Position numbers and translations under genes: made by a program. A DNA stretch of 64,000 bases, from NCBI RefSeq assembly GCF_020745735.1, contig NC_083402.1, forward strand, positions 8,074,004-8,138,003. The letters are read 5' to 3'. The notes below the pieces were generated by a model. It was given only the letters and a program-made list of their open reading frames with translations, made no database searches and had not been told where the DNA came from. The DNA is from Hemiscyllium ocellatum (Eukaryota). Positions within the stretch are counted from its first letter, which is position 1, and each line of letters opens with the position of its first letter. Shown piece by piece: positions 1 through 13,094 of this stretch.

Positions 1-510
1 CAGTTCTGGTCACCCTGTTATTGCAAGGATATCATTTAACTGGAGAGGGTTCAGAAGAGATTTACCAGGAAGTTGCCGAGAAAGTAGGCCTTGAGTTACC
101 GAAAGAGGCTGGAGCGACTGGGACCTTTCTCACTGGAGTGTACAAGATTGAGAGGTGACCTTATCAAGATCGACAAAAGCCTGAGGAATTTAGATCCAGT
201 GAATGGCAGGTGTCTTTTTGCTCTTGTGGGAGATTTCAAGACTGGGGCATATCTTTAAGGTGAGAGGAGAAAGATTTTAAAAAGACATAAGGGGCAGTTT
301 TTATTTTACACAGAGAGTGGTTCATGTGGAATGAGCTTCCAGAGGAAATGGTGGATGTGGGTACAGTTACAATGCTTAAAAGACATTTTGATAATTTCAT
401 GAATAAGAAATGTTTTGAGGGATATGGGCCAAGCGCAGGCAAGTGGGATTGTGTTCAGTGTGGACTAGTTGAACTGAAGGGTCTGCTCCTGTGCTGTATG
501 ACTCTATAAC
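1..510 (+). mobile_element. CR1 LINE 3' end, degenerate
   Basis: QFWSP..LERVQ.RFT, RLRGDLI, WNELPEEMV motifs and typical 3' tail. Confidence 0.85.
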
Positions 511-1130
511 TGATTATAGCTGGGGAAAGGTTGGTATAGATGCTGAAGATGGGGAGGGGGGAGGGGGCAGGAGTAAACACTCAGTGGGAAGGGACCCCAG
601 ACAGAGAGAAAAACAATTGGACAGACAAACGAAAGGGGAAAGGTCGGCCTGGGAGAATGAACAGCTGTTGATGGGGACCATTCGTCACTGACAATGGATT
701 GTTTTGGTAGTAGCCCATGTGATGACAAGGTCTGGTGTGTGGGGGTTGGGGGAAGGAGATAGGAGAAGGTGCTGAGGCTCTAAAATTATCGACCCCAATA
801 TTGAGTACAGAAGGTCACTGGGTCCCCAAAAGCTGGTGTGTCGATCTGGCAGGCAACTGATGCTCAGCATCATTTTTGTGTACGAACATTTCTGTTCTGC
901 AAAGTGGTCACCCAGTCTGTGTTTTGTTTACCCAATGCAGAATTAGAAGTGGACTGTGCAGAGTTAGTGAATTATGAACAGCCCTGAGCCTGTGTGAGGT
1001 GGTGCTGATGGAGAGAGAGGGCTCAAGATTGTCATGTGTTGCCATATGCACACTGAGTGTGAATGTAGTTTTCATTCTCTAAATCAAGTCACCATATTCC
1101 TATCAGACCATGCACTGCTTTTCTTGAGAG

Positions 1131-1172
1131 ATAGAGAGAGAGAGAGAGAGAGAACGAGAGAGAGAGAGAGAG
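1131..1172. repeat. (GA)n microsatellite
   Basis: Direct inspection. Confidence 0.9.
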
Positions 1173-2068
1173 AACTGGTGGTGGTTGAACCTGAGGGCCA
1201 CCACACCTCAGTGAGGGGAGAGTTGAGAAGGAGGGTCCTTCATGGTCACCTGAGCCAATGTGGGGATTGAACCCACACTGTTGGCATCACACTGCTTTGC
1301 AAGCCAACCGTCCAGCTAACTAAACAGAACCCCAGATTCCCTGAAGTGTACAACTGAATCAGATCAGAATTTCCAAATCTCAGCCCTGAGGTTAGCTTTT
1401 CATTCAAATTCCAGATTTTTAAAAAATTTAATCACATTTCACTTTCAGCTGTGATGGGATTTGAACCCATAGCCACAGACTTGCGTGTCTGGTTTGGTCG
1501 CCCAGTGACAGTAGCAGTTTACCACCATCTTCCTTTACCCATGGGTGAATACAGGGCGAGCATAAGTCCCACATGGCTGTGATGCCTCACACAGTCAGCT
1601 GGACACTGTGGGAATGTAGTTGCACTGATGGAACTATTCCTGTTGAAGGTTGTAACCTAGAGGGACACATCAGACTGTTGCACCTTCCTGTTTGAGGAGA
1701 TGATCTCAGTGTCAGTATAACTTTGGGGCATTTGGAGATATAACGGAATGTTCTGAGTCTGTCAATGTCTTTCAACACTGACATCAGAATGCACCTAAAA
1801 ATATCAGCACAGCATAGTACATTAAATATGGACTAAAATTAAATTTGAAACTCAAAGCTAATCCTCTCCAGAAGTTGGAAATTTTAAATAAACATCAAAA
1901 TGCTGCAAATACTCAGCAGGGCAGAGTGTACCTGTGGAAAGAAACAGGGTTAATGTTTTAGTTCCATGTCCTTTCACCAGAAAATCAAATCACAAAACAT
2001 TCACAGAATCTGTTCCACTCTCACTGTGCACCTTCTACAGGCTGAAGAATGTGGGAACGGTCTCTTAC

Positions 2069-2416
2069 CATGTACCTGCAACCGAGTCTCTTTCTGGATC
2101 AGATACTGATAATCCGGTTCTGATCTGTATTCCACCAGACACAGGTAAGTGTGATTGTCCCTCACACTCAGCTGGTTTATCCTGGTCGAGGCGTTTCCCT
2201 CCTCTGGGTTCCCGATGAGCTCGTATCGATTTCCACCGTGTCCAGTTCTCCAAGTTCCCTGTGATTGGGCTGTAAATGTAACGATGTGTTGGTAGGGCTC
2301 CTTCCTCATCCAGGTAACAGTGGTCAGGGTAGGGTAGTACCAGCGACTGAAGATACAGGGTAAAGTAACTGAATCTCCCTCTGTCCCACTCACCACTGGG
2401 ACATTTCCCTGAGCAG
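2069..2416 (-). CDS. V-set Ig exon V2a, Siglec-like, Arg replaced by Leu
   Basis: Paralog of V2b (19 of 348 nt differ). Acceptor TTTCCTCAG|, donor CATG|GTAAGA, open frame, YLCLVEY. Confidence 0.9.
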
Positions 2417-3352
2417 CTGAGGAAAGGACAAACATCAGAATGGATGAGGTCAGTGTGCAGAAGTTTTAATTTCAATATGTTCTATTCCTTTCAACTTCAC
2501 AATAAAATGAACAATTAAAGACCCCACTCACATCTCTAACAGGTCTGTCCTAGACATTCCCCAACAAGAGTCACCCTGATCAAAATATCTCCTCGCCACT
2601 CACTTTGAAAACCTTGATTACAAGATACTTCCATGATGTGGGGGTGCCAGTGTTGCACTGAGGTGGACAAAGTCAGAAGTCACACTGCACCAGGACTTCA
2701 CCTGATTCAGGAGCAGTGCTCTGAACCTTGTTATTTCAAATAAACCTGTTGGACTATAACCTGGTGCCGTGTGACCGCTGAAGGTACTTCCAGATCGGAT
2801 CCATTGAACTCTCCTGAATTCATTCATGCAGAACCCTCCGCCCGATGCTCAATATTAATATTCTTTAAACAAGGTCAAGGATTTTACAGCCTTCCCCCTC
2901 ACTCTGTTGCTCAACCACCTTCAAAGTATTGATCACACACTGTGTGAAGGAGAACCCCCTGTTGTAACCATTCACCAGCTCCAATCTGTGACCTTTGAAA
3001 TGAGCACAGGTTAATTTAAACTCAGAGTCCAGATTACATTTTCCTACACTGAGTAAAATATTTGGGTGCAGGAGGAGGGGGATAACCAGCCATGTGGCTC
3101 TTTGCTGCATGAACTTAAAAGAGGAGCTATGGGATGAAATGTTTCCCCATTCTTATTTAAATTGGTAATCTGTTATTTTGTAATTGTTCCCCTGTTTGAC
3201 TTCTGTTCACAAGAGCAAATATCCTCTCAGAATCTGCATTGTCAAGCTCCTCAGGATCTTGAGGAAGGGTCACTCTGCCTGAAACATTAACTCTGATTTC
3301 TCTCCACAGGTGCTGCCAGACCTGCTGAGCTTTTCCAACAGTTTCCATTTTT

Positions 3353-5611
3353 AAGACCATAAGACCATAAGACATAGGAGTGGACGTAAGGCCATTCGGC
3401 CCATCGAGTCCACTCCGCCATTCAATCATGGCTGATTGGCATTTCAACTCCACTTACCAGCGTTCTCCCCGTAGCCCTTAATTCTTCAAGACAACAAGAA
3501 TCTATCAATCTCGGCCTTGAAGACATTTAGCGTCCCGGCCTCCACTGCACTCCGTGGCAATGAATTCCACAGGCCCACCACCCTCTGGCTGAAGAAATGT
3601 CTCCGCATTTCTGTTCTGAATTGACCCCCTCTAATTCTAAGGCTGTGTCCACGTGTCCTAGTCTCCTCACCTAACGGAAACAATTTCCTAGCGTCCACAT
3701 TTTCCAAGCCATGTATTATCTTGTACGTCTCTATTAAGTCTCCCCTCAATCTTCTAAACTCCAACGAATACAATCCCAGTATCCTCAGCCGTTCCTCATA
3801 TGTTAGACCTGCCATTCCAGGGATCATCCGTGTGAATCTCCGCTGGACACGTTCCAGTGCCAGTATGTCCTTCCTGAGGTGTGGGGACCAAAACTGGACA
3901 CAGTACTCCAAATGGGTCCTAACCAGTGCTTTATAGAGTCTCAGTAGCACATCTCTGCTTTTATATTCCAACCCTCTTGAGGTAAGAGACAACATTGCAT
4001 TTGCTTTCTTAATCACGGACTCAACTTGCATGTTTACCTTTAGAGAATCCTCGACTAGCACTCCCAGATCCCTTTGTGCTTTGGCTTTACTAATTTTCTC
4101 ACCATTTAGAAAGTAGTCGATGCTTTTATTCTTTTTGCCAAAGTGCAAGACCTTGCACTTGCTCACGTTAAATTCCATCAGCCATTTCCTGGACCACTCT
4201 CCCAACCTGTCTAGATCCTTCTGTAGCCTCCCCACTTCCTCAGTATTACCTGCCTGTCCACCTAACTTCGTATCATCGGCAAACTTCGCTAGAATGCCCC
4301 CAGTCCCCTCATCCAAATCATTAATATATAATGCGAATAGCTGTGGCCCCAACACCGAACCCTGCAGGACACCACTCGTCACCGGCTGCCATTCTGAAAA
4401 AGAACCTTTTATTCCAACTCTCTGCCTTCTGTTAGACAGCCAATCCTCAATCCATCCCAGCAGCTCACCTCGAACACCATGGGCCCTCACCTTGCTCAGC
4501 AGCCTTCCGTGTGGCACCTTATCAAAGGCCTTTTGAAAGTCTAGATAGACCACATCCACTGGGTTTCCCTGGTCTAACCTACTTGTTACCTCTTCAAAAA
4601 ATTCCAACAGGTTTGTCAGGCATGACCTCCCCTTACTAAATCCATGTTGACTTGTTCTAATCAGACTCTGCTCTTCCAAGAATTTAGAAACCTCATCCTT
4701 AATGATGGATTCTAGAATTTTACCAACAACCGAGGTTAAACTGATTGGCCTATAATTTTCCATCTTTTGCCTTGATCCTTTCTTGAACAAGGGTGTTACA
4801 ACAGCCATCTTCCAATCATCCGGGACCTTTCCTGACTCCAGTGACTCTTGAAAGATCTCAACCAATGCCTCTGTTATTTCCTCAGCCACCTCTCTCAGAA
4901 CTCTAGGGTGTATCCCATCGGGGCCAGGAGATTTATCAATTTTAAGACTTTTTAACTTTTCTAGCACTATCTCTTTCGTAATGGCAACCATACTCAACTC
5001 AGCCCTGTGACTCCCTTTAATTTTTGGGATATGACTCATGTCTTCCACTGTAAAAACTAACGCAAAGTACTTGTTAAGTTCTCCTGCTATTTCCTTATCT
5101 CCCATCACTAGGCTTCCTGCATCAGTTTGAAGTGGCCCAATGTCTACTTTTGCCTGTCGTTTGTTTCTTATGTACTGAAAGAAACTTTTACTATCATTTC
5201 TAATATTACTGGCTAGCCTACCTTCATATTTGATCCTCTCATTTCTTATAACACTCTTTGTTATCCTCTGTTTGCTTTTGTATCCTTCCCAATCTTCCGA
5301 TTTCCCACTGTTCTTAGCCACTTTATAGGATCTCCCTTTTTCTTTAATACATTTCCTGACTTCCTTTGTCAGCCATGGTTGTCTAATCCTTCCCCGGATA
5401 ATCTTTCTTTTCTTGGGGATGAACCTCTGTATAGTGTCCTCAATTATACCTACAACTCCTGCCATTTTTGCTCTACTGTCTTCCCGGTTAGCCTCTGCTT
5501 CCAGTCTATTTTTGTCAGTTCCTCTCTCATGCCCTCATAATTACCTTTATTTAACTGTAACACTATTACATCCGATTTTGCCTTCTCTCTTTCAAACTCC
5601 AGACTGAACTC
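3353..5611 (-). mobile_element. Young 5'-truncated CR1 LINE (ORF2 RT), present only in unit A
   Basis: 659-aa stop-free RT ORF 3486-5465 (YRPISLTS, QHGF, VYLDFQKAFDKVPH, GSVLGP, FADD), one upstream 1-nt frameshift, (TCTTATGG)n 3' tail, TTTT target duplication. The empty site is present in unit B at ~31785. Confidence 0.95.
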
Positions 5612-5869
5612 TTTTGTTTCTGACTTGCAGCATCTGCAGTTTTTTGTTTGCATTTTCCTCAGGATGTTCGCTGTTTCATTAATTTCTACTTTTGTTTTAT
5701 TTGGTCATGGGTGTCACTGGCCCAGATGATGTGCATTTATTGTCCATCCTGATTGCCCAGGAGAAGCTGCCTTCTTCAACTGCTGCAGCCCTGAGGTGTC
5801 GGGGTTATCCAGAGTAATTTAAGGGATTGAGTTTCAGGACTTTGACCCAGCAACAGTGAAGGAATGCCA

Positions 5870-6180
5870 GTAGAGTACAAATAGACTCAGACTACTCTGC
5901 ATTGACCAAGGCCCCAATAACAGTGAGAACAGTCCCAGCCCTGTCAACCCTGCAAAGGCCTCCTCAGTGACATCTAGGAGCTAGTGCACAGATGGGTCGA
6001 CTAACAGCCTCACATGGTCAAACTCACAGAACCATAACTTACAATATCACAGACACCACGATCACTGTCCCTGGACACTGCCTGACCCAGCATCAGGACA
6101 GACGCAGCAGAGGTGGAGGCATAGTGGTATACCGTCAGGAGGGAGTTGCCCAGGGACTCCCCAATATGAAGTTCCCAAGT
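5870..6180 (+). mobile_element. Non-LTR LINE APE endonuclease fragment (copy at ~32040-32340)
   Basis: DTTITVPG....HQDRRSRGGGIVVY motif. Confidence 0.7.
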
Positions 6181-6719
6181 TAAAGACTACATTGTAAGCC
6201 CATTGAAGTTCAATCTGTCACCTCACAATCCACATTAACACCCCCCCACACCAACATTCCCGTCAGGGTGGGAGATCAATAAAGAGACATGTGATTTTGC
6301 TGCATGCAATACCAGGCGAAAGTGAGGGCTGCAGATGCTGGAGATCAGAGTCAAGATTAGAGTGGTTCTGGAAAAGCACAGTAGGTCAGGCAGTATCCAA
6401 GAGCAGGAAAATCACCTTTTCGGGCAGGAGCCCTTCATCAGCCACATTCCTGATTAAGGGCTCCTGCCCGAAACGTTGATTTTCCTGCTCCTCAGATGCT
6501 GCCTGACCTGCTGTGCTTTTCCAGCACCACTCTAAACTTGACTGTATACAACACTACGCAAACTGAAATGTGTGAGGCCAACACCCAGATCCCCAGGATT
6601 ACTTGCTCATCAAACAACAGAAACAGCACACAACAGAGCCAGCCCATAACCAATGGATCGGATGGCTCTGCAGTCCTGCTATAGACAGTCCTGAATGGTG
6701 GGGGACAATTGCTGCACCA

Positions 6720-7840
6720 GTTGTTCCAGTACAGAAAGCGCTTGATGTTGTCTACATGGACTTCAGTCAAGCCTTTGACAAGTTCCCTCACTGCAGACTG
6801 GTAAAAATGTGAAGTCACATGGTATCGGGGTGAGCTGGAAAGGTGGACACCGAACTGACTTAGTCATAGGAGACAAAGGGTAACAATGGAATGGAGGGTT
6901 GTTCCATAGGGATCAGTGCTGGGACATCTGCTGTTCATGGCCTATCCAATGATTTGGAGGAAAACATGTCTGGTCGAATTTGAAATTTTGCAGGCGATGC
7001 AAAGATTGGTGGAGTTAAGCATAGTGAGAAGGATTGTCAGAAGATTCAGCAGGATACAGATCAGTTCGATAGCAGATGGAGTTTAATCCAGACAAATGTG
7101 ACTGATGTATTTTGGAATGTCAAGTGCAGGTGGAAATTAAACACTGAATAGCAGAACCCTGAGGAGGATTAATATGCAGAGGGATCTGGGTGTGCAGGTC
7201 TCCAGCTCACTGGAGGTGACAACGCAGACAGATAAGGGAGTGAAAAAGGCCCACAGCATCATTGCCTTCATTGGGAGGAGCATTGAGTATAACGACAGAC
7301 AAAGTTATGCTGCAGCTTTAAAGAGCTTTAGTTCGGCCACACTTGGAATATTAGGTGCAGTTTTAGTCACCACACTACCAGAAGGATATGGATGCTTTGG
7401 AGAGAGTACAGAAATGGTTTACCAGGATATTGTCATGAATGGGGGATTTTAGCTGTGAAGAACGGGTGGATAGACTGGGTTTGTTTTCACTGGAACACAG
7501 GAGGTTGAGGGGCGACCTAATAGAAGTTTATAAGATTGTGAATGGCAGAGATAAAGTAGAATATATGAGGCTTTTCCTCAGAGTAAAGGGGTCAATTACT
7601 AGAGGACATGGGTTGAAGATATGGGGCTGGGGTTTGGGAGTGTGGTGCTGGTGCTATTAAGAGATGTACAAGGCAGGTTTCTCACACAAAGGGTGGGTGA
7701 GTGGCTGGAACGCACTGCCAGTGGAGGTGGTGGAAGCAGACACTATAGCAGCATTCCAGAAGCACCTGGATGAATACATGAATAGGAAAGGATGCTGATC
7801 CTGTAAGTGAAGACAGTTTTAGTATGGAAAGGCAAAATGT
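6720..7840 (+). mobile_element. Degenerate CR1 RT/3' end (truncated copy at ~32715-33070)
   Basis: LDVVYMDFSQAFDKFPH, DLGVQV, RRLRGDLIEVYKI. Confidence 0.85.
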
Positions 7841-8459
7841 GTCAGCCCTGGTTTGGGGGATGGAAGGGCATGTTCCTGTGCTGTGTTGTTATTTGTTCTT
7901 GATCTAATTACAACACTGACATCTACCCAACAATGCCCAGGTATACCCTATCCACAAAAAGCAATGTGGGTCTGACCAGGCCAATTAAACTGATGGAAGG
8001 TGTCAGTGACTGCCATTAACATCAAGGCTGTATTTGAGCGAGTGTAGCAAGAAGGAACCTGAGCCAGTGGGAAGCCGAGGGGAGAAACCTCCATGGGTTT
8101 CAGTCAGACCTGGCACAGAGGAAGATGGTTCATACAATCCTTTCATTGTGGAAGCAGGCCATTTGGCCCTACAAGTCCATACCAACCCTCTGAAGAGTGA
8201 CCCACCCAGGCCCATTCCCCAACCCGAATCTCTTACTCGACATTTACCCTGAACTGATACACCTAACCTGTATATCCATGAACACTATGAGCAATTTAGC
8301 ATGACTAATTCACCTGACCTTTACATCTTTGGATTGTGAGAGAACTCCAGAGTACCCATAGGAAACCCACACAGACACAGGGAGAATGTGTAAACTCCAC
8401 ACAGACTGTTACCTCAGACTGGAATCAAACCCAGATTGTTGTGGTTGTTGGAGGAGAAA

Positions 8460-10370
8460 GTGAGGACTGCAGATGCTGGAGATCAGAGCTGAAAATGTGT
8501 TGCTGGAAAAGCGCAGCAGGTCAGGCAGCATCCAAGGAGCAGGAGAATCGATGTTTCGGGCATGAGCCCTTCTTCAGGAATGAGGAAAGTGTGTCCAGCA
8601 GGCTAAGATAAAAGGTAGGGAGGAGGGACTTGGGGGAGGGGCGTTTGAAGTGCGATAGGTGGAAGGAAGTCAAGGTGAGGGTGATAGGCCGGAGTTGGGG
8701 TGAGGGCCGAGAGGTCAGGAAGAAGTTTGCAGGTTAGGTAGGTGGTGCTGAGTTCGAGGGATTTGACTGAGACAAGGTGGAGGGAGGGGAAATTAGGAAA
8801 CTGGAGAAATCTGCGTTCATCCCTTGTGGTTGGAGGGTTCCTAGGCGGAAGATGAGGCGCTCTTCCTCCAGCTGTCGTGTTGCTATGGTCTGGCGATGGA
8901 GGAGTCCTAGGACCTGCATGTCCTTGGTGGAGTGGGAGGGAGAGTTGAAGTGTTGAGCCACGGGGTGGTTGGTTTGGTTGGTCCGGGTGCCCCAGAGGTG
9001 TTCTCTGAAACGTTCTGCAAGTAGGCGGCCTGTCTCCCCAATATAGAGGAGGCCACATCGGGTGCAGCGGATGCAGTAAATAATGTGTGTGGAGGTGCAG
9101 GTGAATTTGAGGCAGATATGGAAGGATCCCTTGGGGTCTTGGAGAGAAGTAAGGGGGGAGGTGTGGGCGCAAATTTTGCATTTCTTGCAGTTGCAGGAGA
9201 AGGTGCCGGGAGTGGAGGTTGGGTTGATGGGGGGTGTGGACCTGATGAGGGAGTGGTCTTTTTGGAATGCTGATAGGGGAGGAGAGGGAAATATATCCCT
9301 GGTGGTGGGGTAAGTTTGGAAGTGGCGGAAATGACGACGGATGATACGATGTATATGGAGGTTGGTGGGGTGGAAGGTGAGGACCAGTGGGGTTCTGTCC
9401 TGTCACGATTGGAGGGACGGGGCTCAAGGGCGGAGGAGCAGGAAGTGGAGGAGATGCAGAGGAGGGCATCGTCGATTATGTCTGGGGGTAAATTACGGAC
9501 TTTGAAGAAGGAGACCATCTAGGTTGTACGGTATTGGAACTGGTCCTCCTGGGAGCAGATGCGGCGGAGACAAAGAAATTGGGAGTATGGGATGGCGTTT
9601 TTACAGGGGGCAGAGTGGGAGGAGGTGTAGGCAAGGTAGCTGTGGAAATCGGTGGGTTTATAGTAAATGTCCGTGTTCATTCGGTTGCCCGAGATAGAAA
9701 TGGAAAGGTCTAGGAAGGGGAGGGAGGAGTCTGAGATGGTCAAGATAAAATTGAGGTCGGGCTGGAAGGTGTTAGTAAAGCCCATGAACTGTTCAACCTC
9801 CTCGTGGGAGCACGAGTCAGCACCGATACAGTCATCGACGTAGTGGAGGAAAAGGTGGGGTGTGGTGACAGTGTAGCTGCAGAAGATGGACTGTTCCACA
9901 TATCCTAAGAAGAGGCAGGCATAGCTGGGGCCCATGCGGGTGCCCATGGCTACTCCTTTGGTTTGGAGGAAGTGGGAGGATTGGAAAGAGACGTTGTTCA
10001 GGGTGAGGACCAGTTCAGTCAGTCAAAGGAGGGTGTCAGTGGAAGGGTACTGGTTGGTATGGAGGGAAATGAAGAAGCAGAGGGCTTTGAGTCCTTCGTG
10101 ATGGGGGATGGAGGAGTGCAGGGACTGGATGTCCATAGTGAAGATAAGGAATTGGGGACCGGGGAAGTAAAAATCTTGGAGGAGGTGGAGGGCGTCGGTG
10201 GTGTCCCAAACATAGGTCGGGAGTTCTTGGACTAAGGGGGACAGGACCATGGCGAGGTAAGGAGAGATGAGTTCTGTGGAAGCAGGAGCAGGCTGAGACA
10301 ATGGATCGGCCGGGGCAGTCAGGTTTGTGGATTTTGGGCAGGAGGTAGAAACGGGCGGTGTGGGGTTGTG
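8460..10370 (-). mobile_element. Penelope-like retroelement (RT plus GIY-YIG endonuclease), decayed
   Basis: MGTRMGPSYACLF..YVE, HYVDD, DIYYKPTD; IYCIRCTRCGLLYIGETG region; pLTR with hammerhead-like CTGAAGA..GAAAC. Confidence 0.9.
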
Positions 10371-11857
10371 GGACTATGATTGTGGTGGTTGGTCAGTCAT
10401 CTCAGTTCCAGAACATCCCTGCAGGAGTTCCTCAGGATAGAGTCCTTGGCCTAACCATCTCCTGCTGTATCATCAATGACTTTCCCTCCACTATATACAT
10501 GAGAACATCACCACCTACAAGCTTCCCTCCAATACACTCACCATCTTGATTTGGGAATATTTCATCATTACTTCAGTCTGACTGGGACAAACCCCTTGGA
10601 ATCCTTAAACAACCTTATCGGGAATGTCCCTGCAGCTGAGGGAATGCAGCAGATCAAGAAGGCAGCTCACCATTCCCTTCTCCAGGTCAATTAGGGATGG
10701 CCAATATAGGCTGACCGAGCATGTGACACCCACGTCCCCTTGAACAATGAAAAGATAACTATACTTCCCAGTCAGGATGGTCTGTATCTGATGCCATTTT
10801 TTACACTGAGGTTATAGAGGTCACTACTTTGGAAGGTGCTGGTGGAGGAAGTGTTGCTGCCTTGCTGCAGTGTATTTTCTTGTTATTTTTATTGTTACAA
10901 TACTGTTGGGGTGGGGGAGTTCCAGGATTTTGACCCAGTGACAGTGACAGGGCAGCAATATATTTTCCTGCACTCTTCCAGACAAGTGGGGAGTATTCCA
11001 TCACACTTCGAACTGCTCAATATGCTTTGGAGTCAGGTGTGTTAATTTACAGGATCTCCAGCCTGTGGCCTACTCTTGAAGTCACAATTCCATTTACACT
11101 CCTGGGCTCACTCCTTGTCCACAACAGAGTGAGTCATTCAGGGGGCAGTTAAGAGTCAACCTCATTACAGTGGGGTCGCATGTAGGTCAGACCATCAAGG
11201 ATACAGATTTCCCTCCCTAAAGAACATGAGTGAACCAGGTATTATTTTTGTCCGAGGTGTCTACATGGTCTTTATTAAACTGGCTTTTCAGTCTAGATTC
11301 CTTTCAAATTCTAATTTCACAATCTGCCATGGATTGGAAAGTATTCGCCAGGACATTAGCCTCTGCAGATTCCTTCTCCCCCCCCCCCCAATCCATCTAA
11401 TTTCTGCTCAGCCAATAGAAAGTGAAGATAGAAACAGTGAGATTTTCAGCCAATGCGAACTGAGGGTTCCCTCACTCTGAGACGTGCTCATCCAATGAGG
11501 GCTCAGAATTTATGGATCTCTTTTTCTCACCCAATGCCGATAGAGCAGGACTCTCATTGGGAAGGGGGTCTTGGAGCTTGAATCCTTGATGATGTTGTGT
11601 CTGTTCCCTGTCCCAAACAACTGAAGCCGGTCTGACCACAGCAAATGAGTGACTGTGGGAGGTTTCAGATTCGGAAATGGATTGGTCTGTAAATCCCAGC
11701 CAGGTCTCTCCCTCTCTCTCTCCTTCTCACTGCCTCCTGCCTGAGACCAACTGGAAGAGCCCAGGAGAAGAACCCAACCCGAGAGCTCCCGGACCTGGTG
11801 GAGCCTGTCCCCATTGAGCTGTCAGGGCAGTGACACCATCCGAACATTGTTCCTCAC

Positions 11858-12244
11858 CTTCCACTTCCAGGCGTGTTCCATACCATGATTGAAACTTGCC
11901 GATATTGAGCTCCACACGACACCGATAGGAACCAACATCCTCCCGGCTCAGTCCCTCCATCATAACTGAGACATCTTTGTTGCTGAGGTTCCCCACGAAT
12001 CTGAATCGATTCCCACCGTGCCGCTGTATCACATTCTCACACAGCTCACCCTGGGAATGATCTGGACCAGGATATGTACACTTAAAGATAAAAGCCCGTG
12101 TTTCCTTCTTGTACCATAAGATGGAGCCGGTGAGTGTGAGGTGAGTGTCAGGGTGGGTGAAGCTGCAGGGTAAGACAGCAGAGCCTCCTTCCTCAGCCCA
12201 CACTCCATCCGCGATTGTCATTGACCAACCATAAGCAGACAAAG
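11858..12244 (-). CDS. V-set Ig exon V1a, Siglec-15-like, essential Arg present
   Basis: Paralog of V1b (25 of 387 nt differ). Acceptor CCCCTCACAG|, donor GAAG|GTGAG, open frame, YRCRVEL motif, four Cys. Confidence 0.9.
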
Positions 12245-12744
12245 CTGTGAGGGGAGAGAGAGAGAGGATATGAACACAGCACAGACACCAAACAGTGAGG
12301 TAAAACACTGAATCTGTTGTATGATGAGAACATATATAACATTGTTCAGTCATGGTTTATAAACTAACCTGGGACAGTGTGGAATGAGCTACAGGCTGGA
12401 GCACAACAGAAGGTTTCAGGGGGTTTGTGGTTCGACTGTGGGTGTTTGTTGCTGTTGGTTGATGAGAGTTTTTGGTGCCTGAGAGTTTCCAGGAGACCCA
12501 GAGTGATCTGAAGAGCAGGACTCAGGGCCCTCCCTGCAGAACCTTTTCTATTTCCCATCACCTTCTACTCTAGTACCGAGCCAGCCTTCAGCAACCTGGC
12601 TCATTCATCAGGCGTAGCAGAGGGATGGGGTACACAGTGAAAGTATTGCAGAGGGTGAAGGTGATACACAGAGACATGAAGAAGGAGAACTAAAGTAAAA
12701 AAATAAATCAGTCATAATCCCAGAGAACTGCTGTCTCATTAGAG

Positions 12745-12912
12745 AGAGGTGACTGATGGTGATTTAATCTGAGGGCCACTCTGCCTCAGACAGTGACACG
12801 GTTGAGAACCTGAGGCCTTCATGGTCCCCACAGACAGTATGGGAATTAAACCCGCATTGTTGGCTTTACTCCACATCACAAACCAACTGTCCATCCAACC
12901 GAGCTAACTGAC
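12745..12912 (-). mobile_element. Second tRNA-derived SINE family (copies at ~1170-1335 and ~35240-35405)
   Basis: Minus-strand TCAGTTAGCTCGGTTGG...GGTT(T/C)AATTCCC head with shared GAAGG.C.CATG..CCTCTC tail. Confidence 0.65.
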
Positions 12913-13094
12913 CCAAGAAGACGATCCAAGGAAATCCAGAAGGCAGTGTGAATATCATCAAGGGAGGGCATAAGGGAGTGTGGCATGGCTGGATGGCATT
13001 TACTTGTGAGTAAGGCAGATGAGCTGAGGTTGTAGATTAACACATTGGTATGTGATTTAGTTGTTATTGCAGGGATGTAGTTGAGGGTGGGTAA

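Noticed and set aside
1552-1790. Faint C2-set-like pattern (EGATV*C...GTY) downstream of V2
   Set aside because: It has multiple stops, wrong spacing, no Trp in either copy and no convincing splice sites.
1990-2030. CACAGTG heptamer ~40 nt downstream of the V2 donor (also in B), suggesting V(D)J-type RSS
   Set aside because: There is no correctly oriented nonamer at 12 or 23 nt, and the V exons already encode their G strand and end in splice donors. No support for rearrangement.
8603-9518. Long Pro/Ser-rich ORFs (also 15016-15597, 35907-36876, 37427-38122)
   Set aside because: They are alternative frames of C-rich Penelope sequence, not host genes.
12245-12353. Hydrophobic N-terminal extensions of the V1 ORFs in the ORF track
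   Set aside because: They are read-through of the polypyrimidine tract; the frame differs between A and B because of (CT)n length.
12369-12561. Good donor CAG|GTTAGT 124 nt upstream of the V1 acceptor in both units, a possible short leader intron
   Set aside because: No conserved ATG or hydrophobic phase-1 frame; the phase-1 frame has a stop in B and the upstream ATG frames differ between units.
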